A stretch of DNA of 64,000 nucleotides from Candidatus Nomurabacteria bacterium (GTDB lineage Bacteria > Patescibacteriota > Minisyncoccia > Phycocordibacterales > UBA918). The translations under genes and the position numbers were made by a program. The notes beneath the pieces were generated by a model. That model saw nothing but the letters and a program-made list of their open reading frames with translations, made no database searches and had not been told where the DNA came from. This document shows positions 46,986 to 55,370 of the stretch, piece by piece (positions within the stretch are counted from its first letter, which is position 1; each line of letters begins with the position of its first letter). The DNA is taken from assembly GCA_023898585.1 (NCBI GenBank), contig CP060229.1:247707-311706 (forward strand). The letters run 5' to 3'.

Positions 46986-47978
46986 TTAATGGTTGTTGAA
47001 AAGATCGTGCCATTGGTCCTCGGTCAGTGGTTTTGATAACAGATCGATTCGAGACCGTCGGGCTAAAAATTCAAAAGCACCCTCTGCTTCTTCGATACAA
47101 GTTACCGGTTGCCCGTCATTACAGTACCAAAACCATTCAAGCAGAATTTCAATCAGATCAACGGCTTGATTGACATACTTTTCTGCCAAATCAAGTTTCA
47201 TGGATGGCAGATACCTTAATTCCAAATAGGGACCAATCGGTCCGATTTTGGGACGTAAAAAACGCCACATGAACGTTAGATCGACCGGATTGTTGATACT
47301 CTGTTTACTCCCGGGATAAACATGAAGCTCATCGTTATCTGTTACTGCAAACAACGAAGGTAGAGACTCAATAAAGTGAATCATGTCCTCTGAGTCCTTG
47401 AACCAACACCCATACTGAGGAAACCGCTCCGGTTTGGCAAATTTTTGCCAAATAGACAAATGTTCCTTGCCCCTACCGACTTCTTTATGAACCAAGGCAG
47501 CCAACAGAGGTGCCAAGTTATTGATCATATTGTTGAGAAAAACACCGTCCTTGCCAAAGGGATCGATCAACTCTCCACTAAAATTCACATGAATCGCCGC
47601 GTGAGTGGTCATTTTGTCGACTAGATGACTTTGTCCGGGAACCTCAATTTCTAAAGCTTCTCTGAGAGCATTGTAACGAGGCTTTTTCTCCCAAATAATC
47701 TCCTGGCCGAATTTGGTCGGTCTTGACGGCACAAAACTGACGTTACCCTCGTCCCCGTTAATCAGTCGCCTGAGTGCACCGAAAGAACTGGCTACGTCAT
47801 AATACGGTGCGGTGATAAGTTCAAACATGTGTTTTCCTGCTTCGCCGATACGCTTTCCGCATCCTGGTATCTCAACTTCAAGCTTCTTTTTGCTGAATCC
47901 TTCGACCTCCATCCCAATTGTTTGGATACGGTTTAAGTATTCAGGCGAAAAATCTGCTTTGGTTAATATTGCACTCAT
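46986..47978 (-). CDS. Glutamate-cysteine ligase family 2 / carboxylate-amine ligase-like protein
   Basis: MEVEGF...ELITAPY... pattern typical of the GCS2/YbdK family. 330 aa. This is a call from the pattern alone. Confidence 0.5.
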   Translation of the reverse strand: MSAILTKADFSPEYLNRIQTIGMEVEGFSKKKLEVEIPGCGKRIGEAGKHMFELITAPYYDVASSFGALRRLINGDEGNVSFVPSRPTKFGQEIIWEKKPRYNALREALEIEVPGQSHLVDKMTTHAAIHVNFSGELIDPFGKDGVFLNNMINNLAPLLAALVHKEVGRGKEHLSIWQKFAKPERFPQYGCWFKDSEDMIHFIESLPSLFAVTDNDELHVYPGSKQSINNPVDLTFMWRFLRPKIGPIGPYLELRYLPSMKLDLAEKYVNQAVDLIEILLEWFWYCNDGQPVTCIEEAEGAFEFLARRSRIDLLSKPLTEDQWHDLFNNH

Positions 47979-48149
47979 CCTCTATTCCCCAATTTTATCT
48001 GACTCCTCGTCAGATTTGTTAAAGATCAGTACAGGTCATCCTAAAAGGCCCTGTCCCACCGCGAACCATCCATCATGGATGACCTATGGTCCGCTCTTGA
48101 ATTCAAATGAAACGATTTGATACCAAGAGCGAACAATAAGTGGTGATTG

Positions 48150-48258
48150 GTTTGGGTTGTCGGCCGGTCTAAAAATTGAAAGTCTTCAATTTTTAGACCG
48201 GCCGACAACTCTCTCTAAACAAAACCGACCCGCTTCTTATGAAGCGGGTCGGTTTTGT
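48150..48258 (-). terminator. Two tandem perfect palindromic hairpins (25 bp and 20 bp stems) downstream of the sigma/anti-sigma operon
   Basis: GTTGTCGGCCGGTCTAAAAATTGAA-agtc-TTCAATTTTTAGACCGGCCGACAAC and AAACAAAACCGACCCGCTTC-ttat-GAAGCGGGTCGGTTTTGTTT. Confidence 0.65.
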
Positions 48259-48441
48259 TTAGAGTTTCATCCCGTCACAACCAATCCGCCCGCCGAGGCA
48301 AAAATTATAAACAGAAAGATAATAAACCATGTTTGGCTCGATTCTATCTCTTGAGCGACGGTTGCTGTACAGGCAGATTGCATAATGTTCAATTTAATAA
48401 TACTCAAATACTCTAGGGTGTCAATTTTTGTTCTTCGGTTT

Positions 48442-49884
48442 CTATTCTGGAGCAACGATATCTCCATACTCAGGCCGTATCTCCATAAGAGATGAGTTGT
48501 GATTTGCAGGAAGAGAAGCTTGTGTTTCTGACGATGTCGCGACTTCCCCATCATTTACACCTGCATTGATAACACCATCAGTGGAAGAAGATGTTTCCTT
48601 ATCAACAAACTCCGCTCCGGAAACAATGTTTTGTTCTAAAAGAATCTTAGTATCACCAGCTAAACTCAACGCTTCTTTCGCCAGAGCCTCAAAGGTATCA
48701 AAATCAGTTGCTGAATTCATCTGATTATAGAGTTTCGTGATTGATGTTTTTGCGAACTCCACTTTAGCCAACACATCTTTATTCTCTAATCGGAGCGACA
48801 ATTTATCAATCTCTACTAACTGCTTAGCCACTTGTTCAGTTAAGTCTTTTGTAATAGTAGCTTCTTCATCATCAGTTAATACAACCGGGACCAATGTTTC
48901 AATATCGACAGTCTTTTTAACTTCCAGTTCGGTCATGTATACGATCAGCTTTTGAGTACGTTGTAAGATACCAACCAACTGCCGGCGTGATTCTTCCTCG
49001 TCTGACTCAACTAAGGCAACTGCTTCTTGTATCGCTCTTCCGATATCTTCGGTACGACGTCTCACCTCGGCCAGTTCTTCCTCCGGGATAATCTCGATCA
49101 GAGAAATGGATAACTCATGAATACGCGTGGTGTTTTGTTCTATACGAGCCATTAGTTTCTCAAAAGATGGCAAGCTTGTGGAAGCATTCCTTGCTTCACC
49201 CTGACTGCGAGACTCATCGATGGCATCGGCTATCAAATTGGTGGACTTGACTTCAACCGAACCTTCGGGCGAGACGATCGTTTCTTCAAGAAAAGAACTG
49301 GCTTGCACTTCCAAGGTGGTGTCGAGTGCAATAGAAGCCATCATCGCTTCATCCGCATCGTGCGTGCGAAGTTCGTCGATCTCACGCTGAGCATTTTCAG
49401 TATGAACTTTTACAGCCTCCGCAACCTCGGCTTCAACTTCTTCGGTCAACCGCCCTTCACTAGCTAACAATCGCGCTTCAGAAATACGCCGACTGAGACG
49501 GGTGGCTTCCCATTCTACTTTCTCGTAACCGTCAAACGTGAGAGTACTACGAAGTTCTTCATTAAATTGAACCTTAACGGCATACAAAGTGTCTCCCGGG
49601 ACAGCCTTTTCGGCCACGAAGGGTATAACAACCAAAACCACAGCCACCACCACGGCTGATGTTTTGAATAAAATATTAAACGGAATATGAAAAGTTTTGA
49701 AAGATTCAGTTAACAAAGGAGAGACTGTCGTCCTGCTCTTTTTAGCCATCTTGGTTCTAAGATGGAATGGTAGAGGGTGGTATTCCATATACGAAACAAC
49801 CCGCTCTCTGAGTTCGCGCTTTTCGGCCGACCGCAGTCTTACAGACTGGGCTTTTTTGTTAAGTTGTTCGCTAAATCTTTTCAT
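48442..49884 (-). CDS. Membrane-anchored anti-sigma-factor-like protein with a DUF5667-type extracytoplasmic domain
   Basis: Cytoplasmic N-terminus, one TM segment (AVVVAVVLVVIPFV), then PGDTLYAVKV and long coiled-coil regions. Overlaps the sigma gene by 4 nt. Confidence 0.65.
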   Translation of the reverse strand: MKRFSEQLNKKAQSVRLRSAEKRELRERVVSYMEYHPLPFHLRTKMAKKSRTTVSPLLTESFKTFHIPFNILFKTSAVVVAVVLVVIPFVAEKAVPGDTLYAVKVQFNEELRSTLTFDGYEKVEWEATRLSRRISEARLLASEGRLTEEVEAEVAEAVKVHTENAQREIDELRTHDADEAMMASIALDTTLEVQASSFLEETIVSPEGSVEVKSTNLIADAIDESRSQGEARNASTSLPSFEKLMARIEQNTTRIHELSISLIEIIPEEELAEVRRRTEDIGRAIQEAVALVESDEEESRRQLVGILQRTQKLIVYMTELEVKKTVDIETLVPVVLTDDEEATITKDLTEQVAKQLVEIDKLSLRLENKDVLAKVEFAKTSITKLYNQMNSATDFDTFEALAKEALSLAGDTKILLEQNIVSGAEFVDKETSSSTDGVINAGVNDGEVATSSETQASLPANHNSSLMEIRPEYGDIVAPE

Positions 49885-50486
49885 TGTTTATTCTGTGTAT
49901 TGTCTTTCGACTTGGCTTTACGTCTTTCTTCTGCATATTGGTCGTTGTCCTCGATCGTCTTTCTAAGCAACCTCAATCCGCGATGGATCCTAACTGAGAC
50001 TATATTCTCACTTTCCTCGACCAATTCGCTGATTTCTTTGGGTCCTAGTTGATCAACGAAACGATACAAGAGTACTTCACGGTACTGATCCGGCAATTTT
50101 TCGAGCAACTCAAACGCTTTTTTGCCATCTATCGTTGCCGCCAGCACTTCCGCCGAATTTTCGTTCAACTCGTCGAAACTACCCTCGTCCACCCCTTCAG
50201 TTTCCAAAATGGCATCAAGTGAAGCTTCTTTTCGTCTCCGATATTCGTCAATTATCTTATTATTGAGAACCTTGTACAAAAATGGGCGAAAATTATCAAT
50301 CTCGTAACCGTCCCGAATATATGACCAGACCTTGGTGAAAGTATCATGCACCAGGTCGACAGCTTTTTCTCGGTCACTTATGCGTAAAAAAGCGTGCCGG
50401 AACAAAGCGTCATTATACTCCTCGAAAGCTTTCAAAAAACGGGCTTCGTGGTCACTTACGTTGTCAGTCAAATTTCCTCCTGCCAT
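49881..50486 (-). CDS. ECF-type RNA polymerase sigma factor (sigma-70 family)
   Basis: Region 2 (FLRISDREKAVDLVHDTFTKVW) and region 4 (LPDQYREVLLYRFVDQLGPKEISELV). Start at MAGGNLTD. Confidence 0.85.
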   Translation of the reverse strand: MAGGNLTDNVSDHEARFLKAFEEYNDALFRHAFLRISDREKAVDLVHDTFTKVWSYIRDGYEIDNFRPFLYKVLNNKIIDEYRRRKEASLDAILETEGVDEGSFDELNENSAEVLAATIDGKKAFELLEKLPDQYREVLLYRFVDQLGPKEISELVEESENIVSVRIHRGLRLLRKTIEDNDQYAEERRKAKSKDNTQNKQ

Positions 50487-50871
50487 GTAATGACCATTAT
50501 ATACGTAGACGGTCGAAAGAGCACTTTCTTTCAACAATTAGGTGTAAATGGTTGGCGGAGTGACACTAGGTATTGGTACGTGGCAGGGCTTTTCCTTCGG
50601 AAAAGCCCTGCCACTACCCCGCCCAATTAATACAATATCGAAGTAGCGCTCAACACATCTGAACATCTGACCACGGTTTTGTTGCCCCTTGACACAACAT
50701 TCATTTCCCCTCATAGTATCGAAAATTGTTCAAAATCAGTTCATCTCAAAAAAACTAGTGTGTTATCTCATTTATGGACGAACCTTAAATTGTTCTTCGT
50801 TGTTCGGTTTAGTCTAGGGGAAAGTGGGTGTTTATTGTATTTTAGGCAAATTTACTTTACATGGAGACATC

Positions 50872-51312
50872 ATGAAAGGACATAATGGTAGAGATAGTGG
50901 AGGTTGTTTTATTTTGCTTGATAGCAATAATAGTGTGATTGGAATCAGTTACCAATCATACAAAAGCCATGAAAAAGAAGATATGTTTTGCCTCTCTTTC
51001 CCCGTCGCTTTCACCGCTCGGCAAGCATGTATTATCTTTAGACAAGACAGTCTGATTTTTTGTGACAGACACGGAAACAAGGCTACTTTTGCAGGATCGA
51101 GAGATTTGATTTTAGACTTAGCCAAACTCTATATGGATCAGCGATCTTCTCTTAGAGCCTTTCTGATAAGGGAGCCTAGAAGATTTGAAATCAGACTCCC
51201 AGAGAGTGAGATTCAAAAATTGGCACCGCTTAAACCTGTTGCAACAAAAAAGAAAACGGCCACCTTTCTTGTTGCGTTCACCTCCGCCAAGAGCGAACGG
51301 ATCATTCTGTGA
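50872..51312 (+). CDS. Hypothetical protein
   Basis: SD GGAGAcatcATG. A promoter-like TTGACA-19-TAGTAT lies upstream near 50690-50730. A terminator follows at 51331-51377. Confidence 0.45.
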   Translation: MKGHNGRDSGGCFILLDSNNSVIGISYQSYKSHEKEDMFCLSFPVAFTARQACIIFRQDSLIFCDRHGNKATFAGSRDLILDLAKLYMDQRSSLRAFLIREPRRFEIRLPESEIQKLAPLKPVATKKKTATFLVAFTSAKSERIIL

Positions 51313-51330
51313 TGAGTTAGTAAAGGTTAG

Positions 51331-51377
51331 ACCGGTGCGGAAAATCTCTTTGAGACTTTCCGCACCGGTTTTTTTGG
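51331..51377 (+). terminator. Terminator
   Basis: ACCGGTGCGGAAA...TTTCCGCACCGG-TTTTTTT. Confidence 0.7.
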
Positions 51378-51460
51378 CCGAAACGTCAAACAGAGATCGG
51401 GTGCTGGGCATAAGTCAAAAAACAACCTTGTAAATAGGTTACTACAGCCGAGACTTAAAG

Positions 51461-51555
51461 TTTTTAACGATTATGTCAATAATAATCGTTAAAAACGTGA
51501 ATTTTTCGCACTTTTTAACGATTATCAATATCTATATCGTTAAAAATTCACATCC
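51461..51555. repeat. Cluster of nested palindromes built from TTTTTAACGATTAT / ATAATCGTTAAAAA
   Basis: TTTTTAACGATTAT-gtcaata-ATAATCGTTAAAAA (14-7-14), then GTGAATTTTT-cgcac-TTTTTAACGATTAT-caatatct-ATATCGTTAAAAATTCAC. Lies in a convergent intergenic region. Confidence 0.6.
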
Positions 51556-52165
51556 GTCTAACCATCTCCAACAACTCCGGAAACTCCTCGATGAGGAAGT
51601 GATTTTTGTCTTCAAAAGTCACCAGCTCGGCCTCTGGCAATGCTTCTTTATACTTTAGAGCATGTTCGTACGGCACAACAAAATCATCTTTAGAGTGCAT
51701 GATTACAATCCTGTCCGTTTTTTTAGTCAACTCCCCCACACGACTGGTGTCAAACTGGAAATCAGCGCCGTCCTCTCCGGTATCATCATGATGCGCCTCA
51801 AGCGGTGCAGCCAACAGAAATAATGCTTTTATTTTGAAAGGGAAATCATTCTCGGTCAGATACTTGGCAAAAAAGTAACTTCCCTGCGACCAACCCACCA
51901 AAATTACGCCATCCCGCAAATACTCAAAATGCCTCTCAAACCAGATCTTCCACTCCTCATACTTGGCGTTTTGCTTGTTCGGCATGGAAGGTGTAAACAC
52001 TTCAAAATCTTCCCCAAAATCTTCCGCAATTCTTCGACTCCAGATATCCAGCGCTTCTTCCCCCGGCAAACCGCGTACCGTCGCCGTCCTTAAGTAATTC
52101 AAAAAATCCTCGTATTTCGAAAACGCATTTCCCCCGTGAATATAAAATACTTGTTGTTTTGCCAT
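51548..52165 (-). CDS. Alpha/beta-hydrolase fold serine hydrolase (YdeN/RBBP9-like)
   Basis: GWSQG nucleophile elbow. 205 aa. Confidence 0.65.
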   Translation of the reverse strand: MAKQQVFYIHGGNAFSKYEDFLNYLRTATVRGLPGEEALDIWSRRIAEDFGEDFEVFTPSMPNKQNAKYEEWKIWFERHFEYLRDGVILVGWSQGSYFFAKYLTENDFPFKIKALFLLAAPLEAHHDDTGEDGADFQFDTSRVGELTKKTDRIVIMHSKDDFVVPYEHALKYKEALPEAELVTFEDKNHFLIEEFPELLEMVRRM

Positions 52166-52179
52166 AGTGTCTTATCCTT

Positions 52180-52599
52180 TTAAACCCCTTTTTCTATCCA
52201 CTTATCAAAAACCTCTGCCACGTCGTAAAACAAATTAAAGTTTTTGTGGTTATGCGGTTCTATCCACTCAAACGAATCGTGGTCTTTACTTAAAACAACT
52301 TCGGAACTGTCCGACGTGCACTGATAATAAATCCTCACAATGTGTACCTTCTCGCCTTTGATTTCTTGAAATTTCTCATCCACATGCACCAGTTCACCAA
52401 TCTCCACCTCCAGACCAGCTTCTTCCTTGACTTCCCTCTTGAGACCATCAATTAAAGATTCCTCCGAACTGATACGCCCGCCAACCACATCATAAATCCC
52501 TTTTAAAGACCCTTCCACATAATCCGAACTTTCACGCACGATCAATATCTTTTCTTCAGAATTTTGCACCATTGCTTTTACCGCCACAAATAACTTCAT
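52180..52599 (-). CDS. NUDIX hydrolase
   Basis: GGRISSEESLIDGLKREVKEEAGL NUDIX box. Confidence 0.8.
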   Translation of the reverse strand: MKLFVAVKAMVQNSEEKILIVRESSDYVEGSLKGIYDVVGGRISSEESLIDGLKREVKEEAGLEVEIGELVHVDEKFQEIKGEKVHIVRIYYQCTSDSSEVVLSKDHDSFEWIEPHNHKNFNLFYDVAEVFDKWIEKGV

Positions 52600-52648
52600 G
52601 TGTTCATCTTATCATTATTTTAAACTTAGAAAAGATTATTTCTAAAAA

Positions 52649-53245
52649 TCACAAAAACGGATTCTCCATCTCAAACACAATTTTTGGCGTGTGGTTATTG
52701 ATCCGATCAACTGGAATGTTGTATTTTTCGCTATAGAGAACATCAACCGCACAAAATTTGGCTTCCTTCCACTTGAAACCGAGTTTTTCCGCCACCTGCT
52801 GTACGACCGACTCTGACTCGCCTTCAATTTCGACAAAAGGTTCTAAAAACGGCCAGGTGTCTATGGTTATTTCGACACCGTCAAGCGACCACAGTTCCCT
52901 TTTGGTTTCTTGATAAGCTTTCTTTTCACACCCGAGCGCCTGCAACAAGGCTTCCGCTTGTGCGAAATCATCAACCGTCACGCAAGTTTCCTTTTGACTT
53001 TCTATTCCCTCGCCTGCCACCGACTTCACGCTCATGGTTATCCGATCGCCCTCGTCGCGCACCCGCGCCCAACCGCGTACCGAATCAGAACCGGCTGGCA
53101 AATTAAATGCTGTTCTTTTCTGTAAATATTCCGGCCGCTTCAACTCCGCGCCGGCTTTTTCTAACCGCAAGCGCATTTCTTCTTTATCAACATTAGTAAA
53201 CACCGCTTCGTATTCTACATTCATGTCAATGAGTATATCAGACAA
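52649..53245 (-). CDS. CYTH-domain protein (triphosphate tunnel metalloenzyme family)
   Basis: N-terminal EYEAVF motif and a later ExExE acidic pattern (FVEIEGES). Confidence 0.65.
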   Translation of the reverse strand: MSDILIDMNVEYEAVFTNVDKEEMRLRLEKAGAELKRPEYLQKRTAFNLPAGSDSVRGWARVRDEGDRITMSVKSVAGEGIESQKETCVTVDDFAQAEALLQALGCEKKAYQETKRELWSLDGVEITIDTWPFLEPFVEIEGESESVVQQVAEKLGFKWKEAKFCAVDVLYSEKYNIPVDRINNHTPKIVFEMENPFL

Positions 53246-53491
53246 GACTCACCCTCGCTTTTTTTTAACAGGAGTGTTATATTTTGCTGACTTAAATCAC
53301 GTTTGTGGTTTTTGTTTGGGTGATCGGGGTGTATCTTCGACTGCGGGCTCGATACATTCCCTCTTTGTTCGGTCATGGTGTGCTATGCAAGCGTAGCTTG
53401 CATCAAGAAATTTTTACCGAGAAGCCGTAAGCAAGCTTCCGCTGCTCGGGAAAAATTTCTTGACTTCTGCACACCACGACGCTCACGACAT

Positions 53492-53533
53492 CGGGGTGTA
53501 GCATAATGGTAGTGTACGCGGTTTGGGGTCTGT
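53492..53533 (+). repeat. 5' fragment of tRNA-Pro (about 42 nt, diverges after the anticodon loop)
   Basis: CGGGGTGTAGCATAATGGTAGTGTACGCGGTTTGGGG, then unrelated sequence. Confidence 0.6.
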
Positions 53534-53562
53534 CCTTTCAATTTTCATATTTTTGGCTACGT

Positions 53563-53633
53563 CGGGGTGTAGCATAATGGTAGTGTACGCGGTTTGGGAC
53601 CGCGCGGCCCGGGTTCGATTCCCGGCTCCCCGA
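53563..53633 (+). tRNA. tRNA-Pro (anticodon UGG); U6-U67 mismatch and two G-U pairs in the D stem
   Basis: CGGGGTG-TA-GCAT-AATGGTA-GTGT-A-CGCGG-tTTGGGa-CCGCG-CGGC-CCGGG-TTCGATT-CCCGG-CTCCCCG-A. The architecture parallels E. coli tRNA-Pro(UGG). Confidence 0.7.
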
Positions 53634-53704
53634 CGTAGCCCGAAATGGAAATTGAAAGAATTGACCAACAAGCTGGGAGCTTGTTGTGGCTTCGAAGAAG
53701 GCGT

Positions 53705-53733
53705 GGCCCGGGTTCGATTCCCGGCTCCCCGAC
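53705..53733 (+). repeat. 3' half copy of tRNA-Pro (T arm plus acceptor 3' strand)
   Basis: GGCCCGGGTTCGATTCCCGGCTCCCCGACA. Confidence 0.7.
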
Positions 53734-53736
53734 AAA

Positions 53737-53778
53737 CACAAGAAAAGTCAGGTTTATTTATTCCTGGCTTTTCTTGTG
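53737..53778 (+). terminator. Hairpin related to the one after tRNA-Gly(UCC)
   Basis: CACAAGAAAAG-tcaggtttatttattcctgg-CTTTTCTTGTG. Confidence 0.5.
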
Positions 53779-53791
53779 GTAAGGAGGGACT

Positions 53792-53842
53792 AGTGAGCAA
53801 ACTGCTTTGCTCACGTCGGGAATCGAACGGCGGAGCGATGAG
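53792..53842 (+). repeat. Conserved tRNA-downstream element, copy B
   Basis: AGTGAGCAAACTGCTTTGCTCACGTCGGGAATCGAACGGCGGAGCGATGAG versus copy A at 35215. Confidence 0.7.
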
Positions 53843-53911
53843 TTTACGAACAAGTGAGCCGTGTCCCATGGCACCGAGTATTTTGTGGCGCTAAGGATAC
53901 AGAATACGCTA

Positions 53912-53944
53912 GTGACCGTCAGGACGATTCTCCGCTCCCCGACA
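53912..53944 (+). repeat. Degenerate copy of the tRNA-Pro 3' end
   Basis: GACGATTCTCCGCTCCCCGACAAATG. Confidence 0.5.
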
Positions 53945-54008
53945 AATGAAAACCTGCTTGAATAACAAATTCATGCAGTTTTTCGTTATAATTCAAAAAT
54001 TGTGAGCC

Positions 54009-54322
54009 TTAGATTCCCAAATCAGACAACACCTCCTCAAAAGTATCCAGACGAGTTACATGCGGGTGAAAATGAAAAACTGTTAGATTGTTATACTCAC
54101 CAATTGCGTAGACCTTGGCATTATTTGATAACGCGGCCCCCATTTCAACAAACATTCCTGTCCCTGACTTATCACCAAGTATAATAAACACATCAGCGTC
54201 TCTTGCTCCAGCGATATCATTTTCAGCGAATTCCTGAACCTTCTCTAAATGATCCTCATACGGCCTTTTTACATCCGCACCTTCTACCGCAGTCCAATCG
54301 TGAGTACATTCATGACCTTTTT
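54009..54322 (-). pseudogene. N-terminally truncated nucleoside 2-deoxyribosyltransferase-like gene fragment
   Basis: The frame ...VEGADVKRPYEDHLEKVQEFAENDIAGARDADVFIILGDKSGTGMFVEMGAALSNNAKVYAIGEY... has no ATG start and is opened by an in-frame TAG. The track ORF begins at an internal GTG. Confidence 0.45.
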
Positions 54323-54497
54323 TCTAACATACTGATCATTCACTTTGTTTCACTCATCACTGCTGTTCTTGATGCTATATAAAATTTCATAATCATTATG
54401 TAAGTTAATGAGTATAACACACAAACTAAACTCAGACGTTTGTTTCACGTGGAACACTTCCCTGCTGTTTCATGTAAAAACATCATTTGAACTTTAA

Positions 54498-54728
54498 TTA
54501 AGTTCCAATATATTCAAATCTAGGCTTTTCCACTCCGCCAACCGTAACTTTCTCACAAAACATGTCCTTAGGTCGTACCCACAAGGAATTTAGACCGAAA
54601 TCCTCAGAATCATATAAAGCTCTATAAACAACAAGATCTTCCAGCGTCTCACTATGCTTAGCAACTCCAATAACTTCGTATTCATTACCTTTGTAATGTC
54701 TGTATTTTCCTAGTTTCACGTCAAACAT
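54498..54728 (-). CDS. DUF1653-like small protein
   Basis: KYRHYKGNEYEVIGVAKHSETLEDLVVYRALY...WVRP. Start at MFDVKLG. Confidence 0.6.
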   Translation of the reverse strand: MFDVKLGKYRHYKGNEYEVIGVAKHSETLEDLVVYRALYDSEDFGLNSLWVRPKDMFCEKVTVGGVEKPRFEYIGT

Positions 54729-54732
54729 TATT

Positions 54733-55143
54733 CTAGTATACATTTGATAAGTACTTAACAGAAGCATATTTTTCACGTGGAACCACTCTGATTGCTAAAA
54801 CATCTATTTGCCAATTACCTGCATACTTTTTCTCAGAAATCCAACTTTCAATTGCTTTGGTAAGCCTTTTTATCTTAGAATAGTGTACGTTTTCCTCCGG
54901 ACGCCAAGTTCCACTTGAAATAGCCTTGTTTAGATCATCTTTAGTTTCATATGAAACAGTCTTTACCTCAACAAAATGCACCTTTCCGTCAGTTCCACGT
55001 GCAACAATGTCAATTTCACCCCATTTTTTAAGATAATTACGTTCAATTACAATAAAACTCAGCTTTCCAAGATATTTGGTAGCAATTTCCTCACCCAGAG
55101 CACCAGTTTTGTTTCTTTCTCCCTTTTTATTTTGCTGTTCCAT
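54733..55143 (-). CDS. yraN: UPF0102 / YraN-family endonuclease-like protein
   Basis: GEEIATKYL...GEIDIVARGTDGKVHFVEVKT. Confidence 0.75.
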   Translation of the reverse strand: MEQQNKKGERNKTGALGEEIATKYLGKLSFIVIERNYLKKWGEIDIVARGTDGKVHFVEVKTVSYETKDDLNKAISSGTWRPEENVHYSKIKRLTKAIESWISEKKYAGNWQIDVLAIRVVPREKYASVKYLSNVY

Positions 55144-55370
55144 GTTTAACGACTTTGATATGTTCCACGTGAAACGTCAAATATTTATTTCTAGTATTTG
55201 TTTCATGTGAAATACGGCCTTAATTATAGCAGTATCGTATAAAGGACACTAGGGTTTGAAAAGTGTGGATTGTCCTTTATCCCCATATCAACTGGTTATC
55301 CACAGTTATTAACATACGAAAAACACCTAGTAGGGGTGTCTTTCGTATTTTGTTGAGGCGTCATTATTTG

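Noticed and set aside
51461-51555. CRISPR array
   Set aside because: The repeats are AT-rich nested palindromes with no regular repeat-spacer periodicity. No regularly spaced direct-repeat array was seen anywhere in the window.
53523-53894. Cluster of overlapping small ORFs around 53.5-53.9 kb with peptides such as GSRESNPG, GEPGIEPGPR, GAGNRTRA
   Set aside because: These are six-frame translations of the repeated tRNA-Pro T-arm and acceptor sequence (GGTTCGATTCCCGG). The region holds tRNA-derived repeats, not protein genes.
55239-55304. Chromosomal replication origin (oriC) from DnaA boxes
   Set aside because: Only two perfect TTATCCACA/TGTGGATAA boxes and one 2-mismatch box over 7 kb. No dense cluster. 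No dnaA, dnaN or gidA context in the window.
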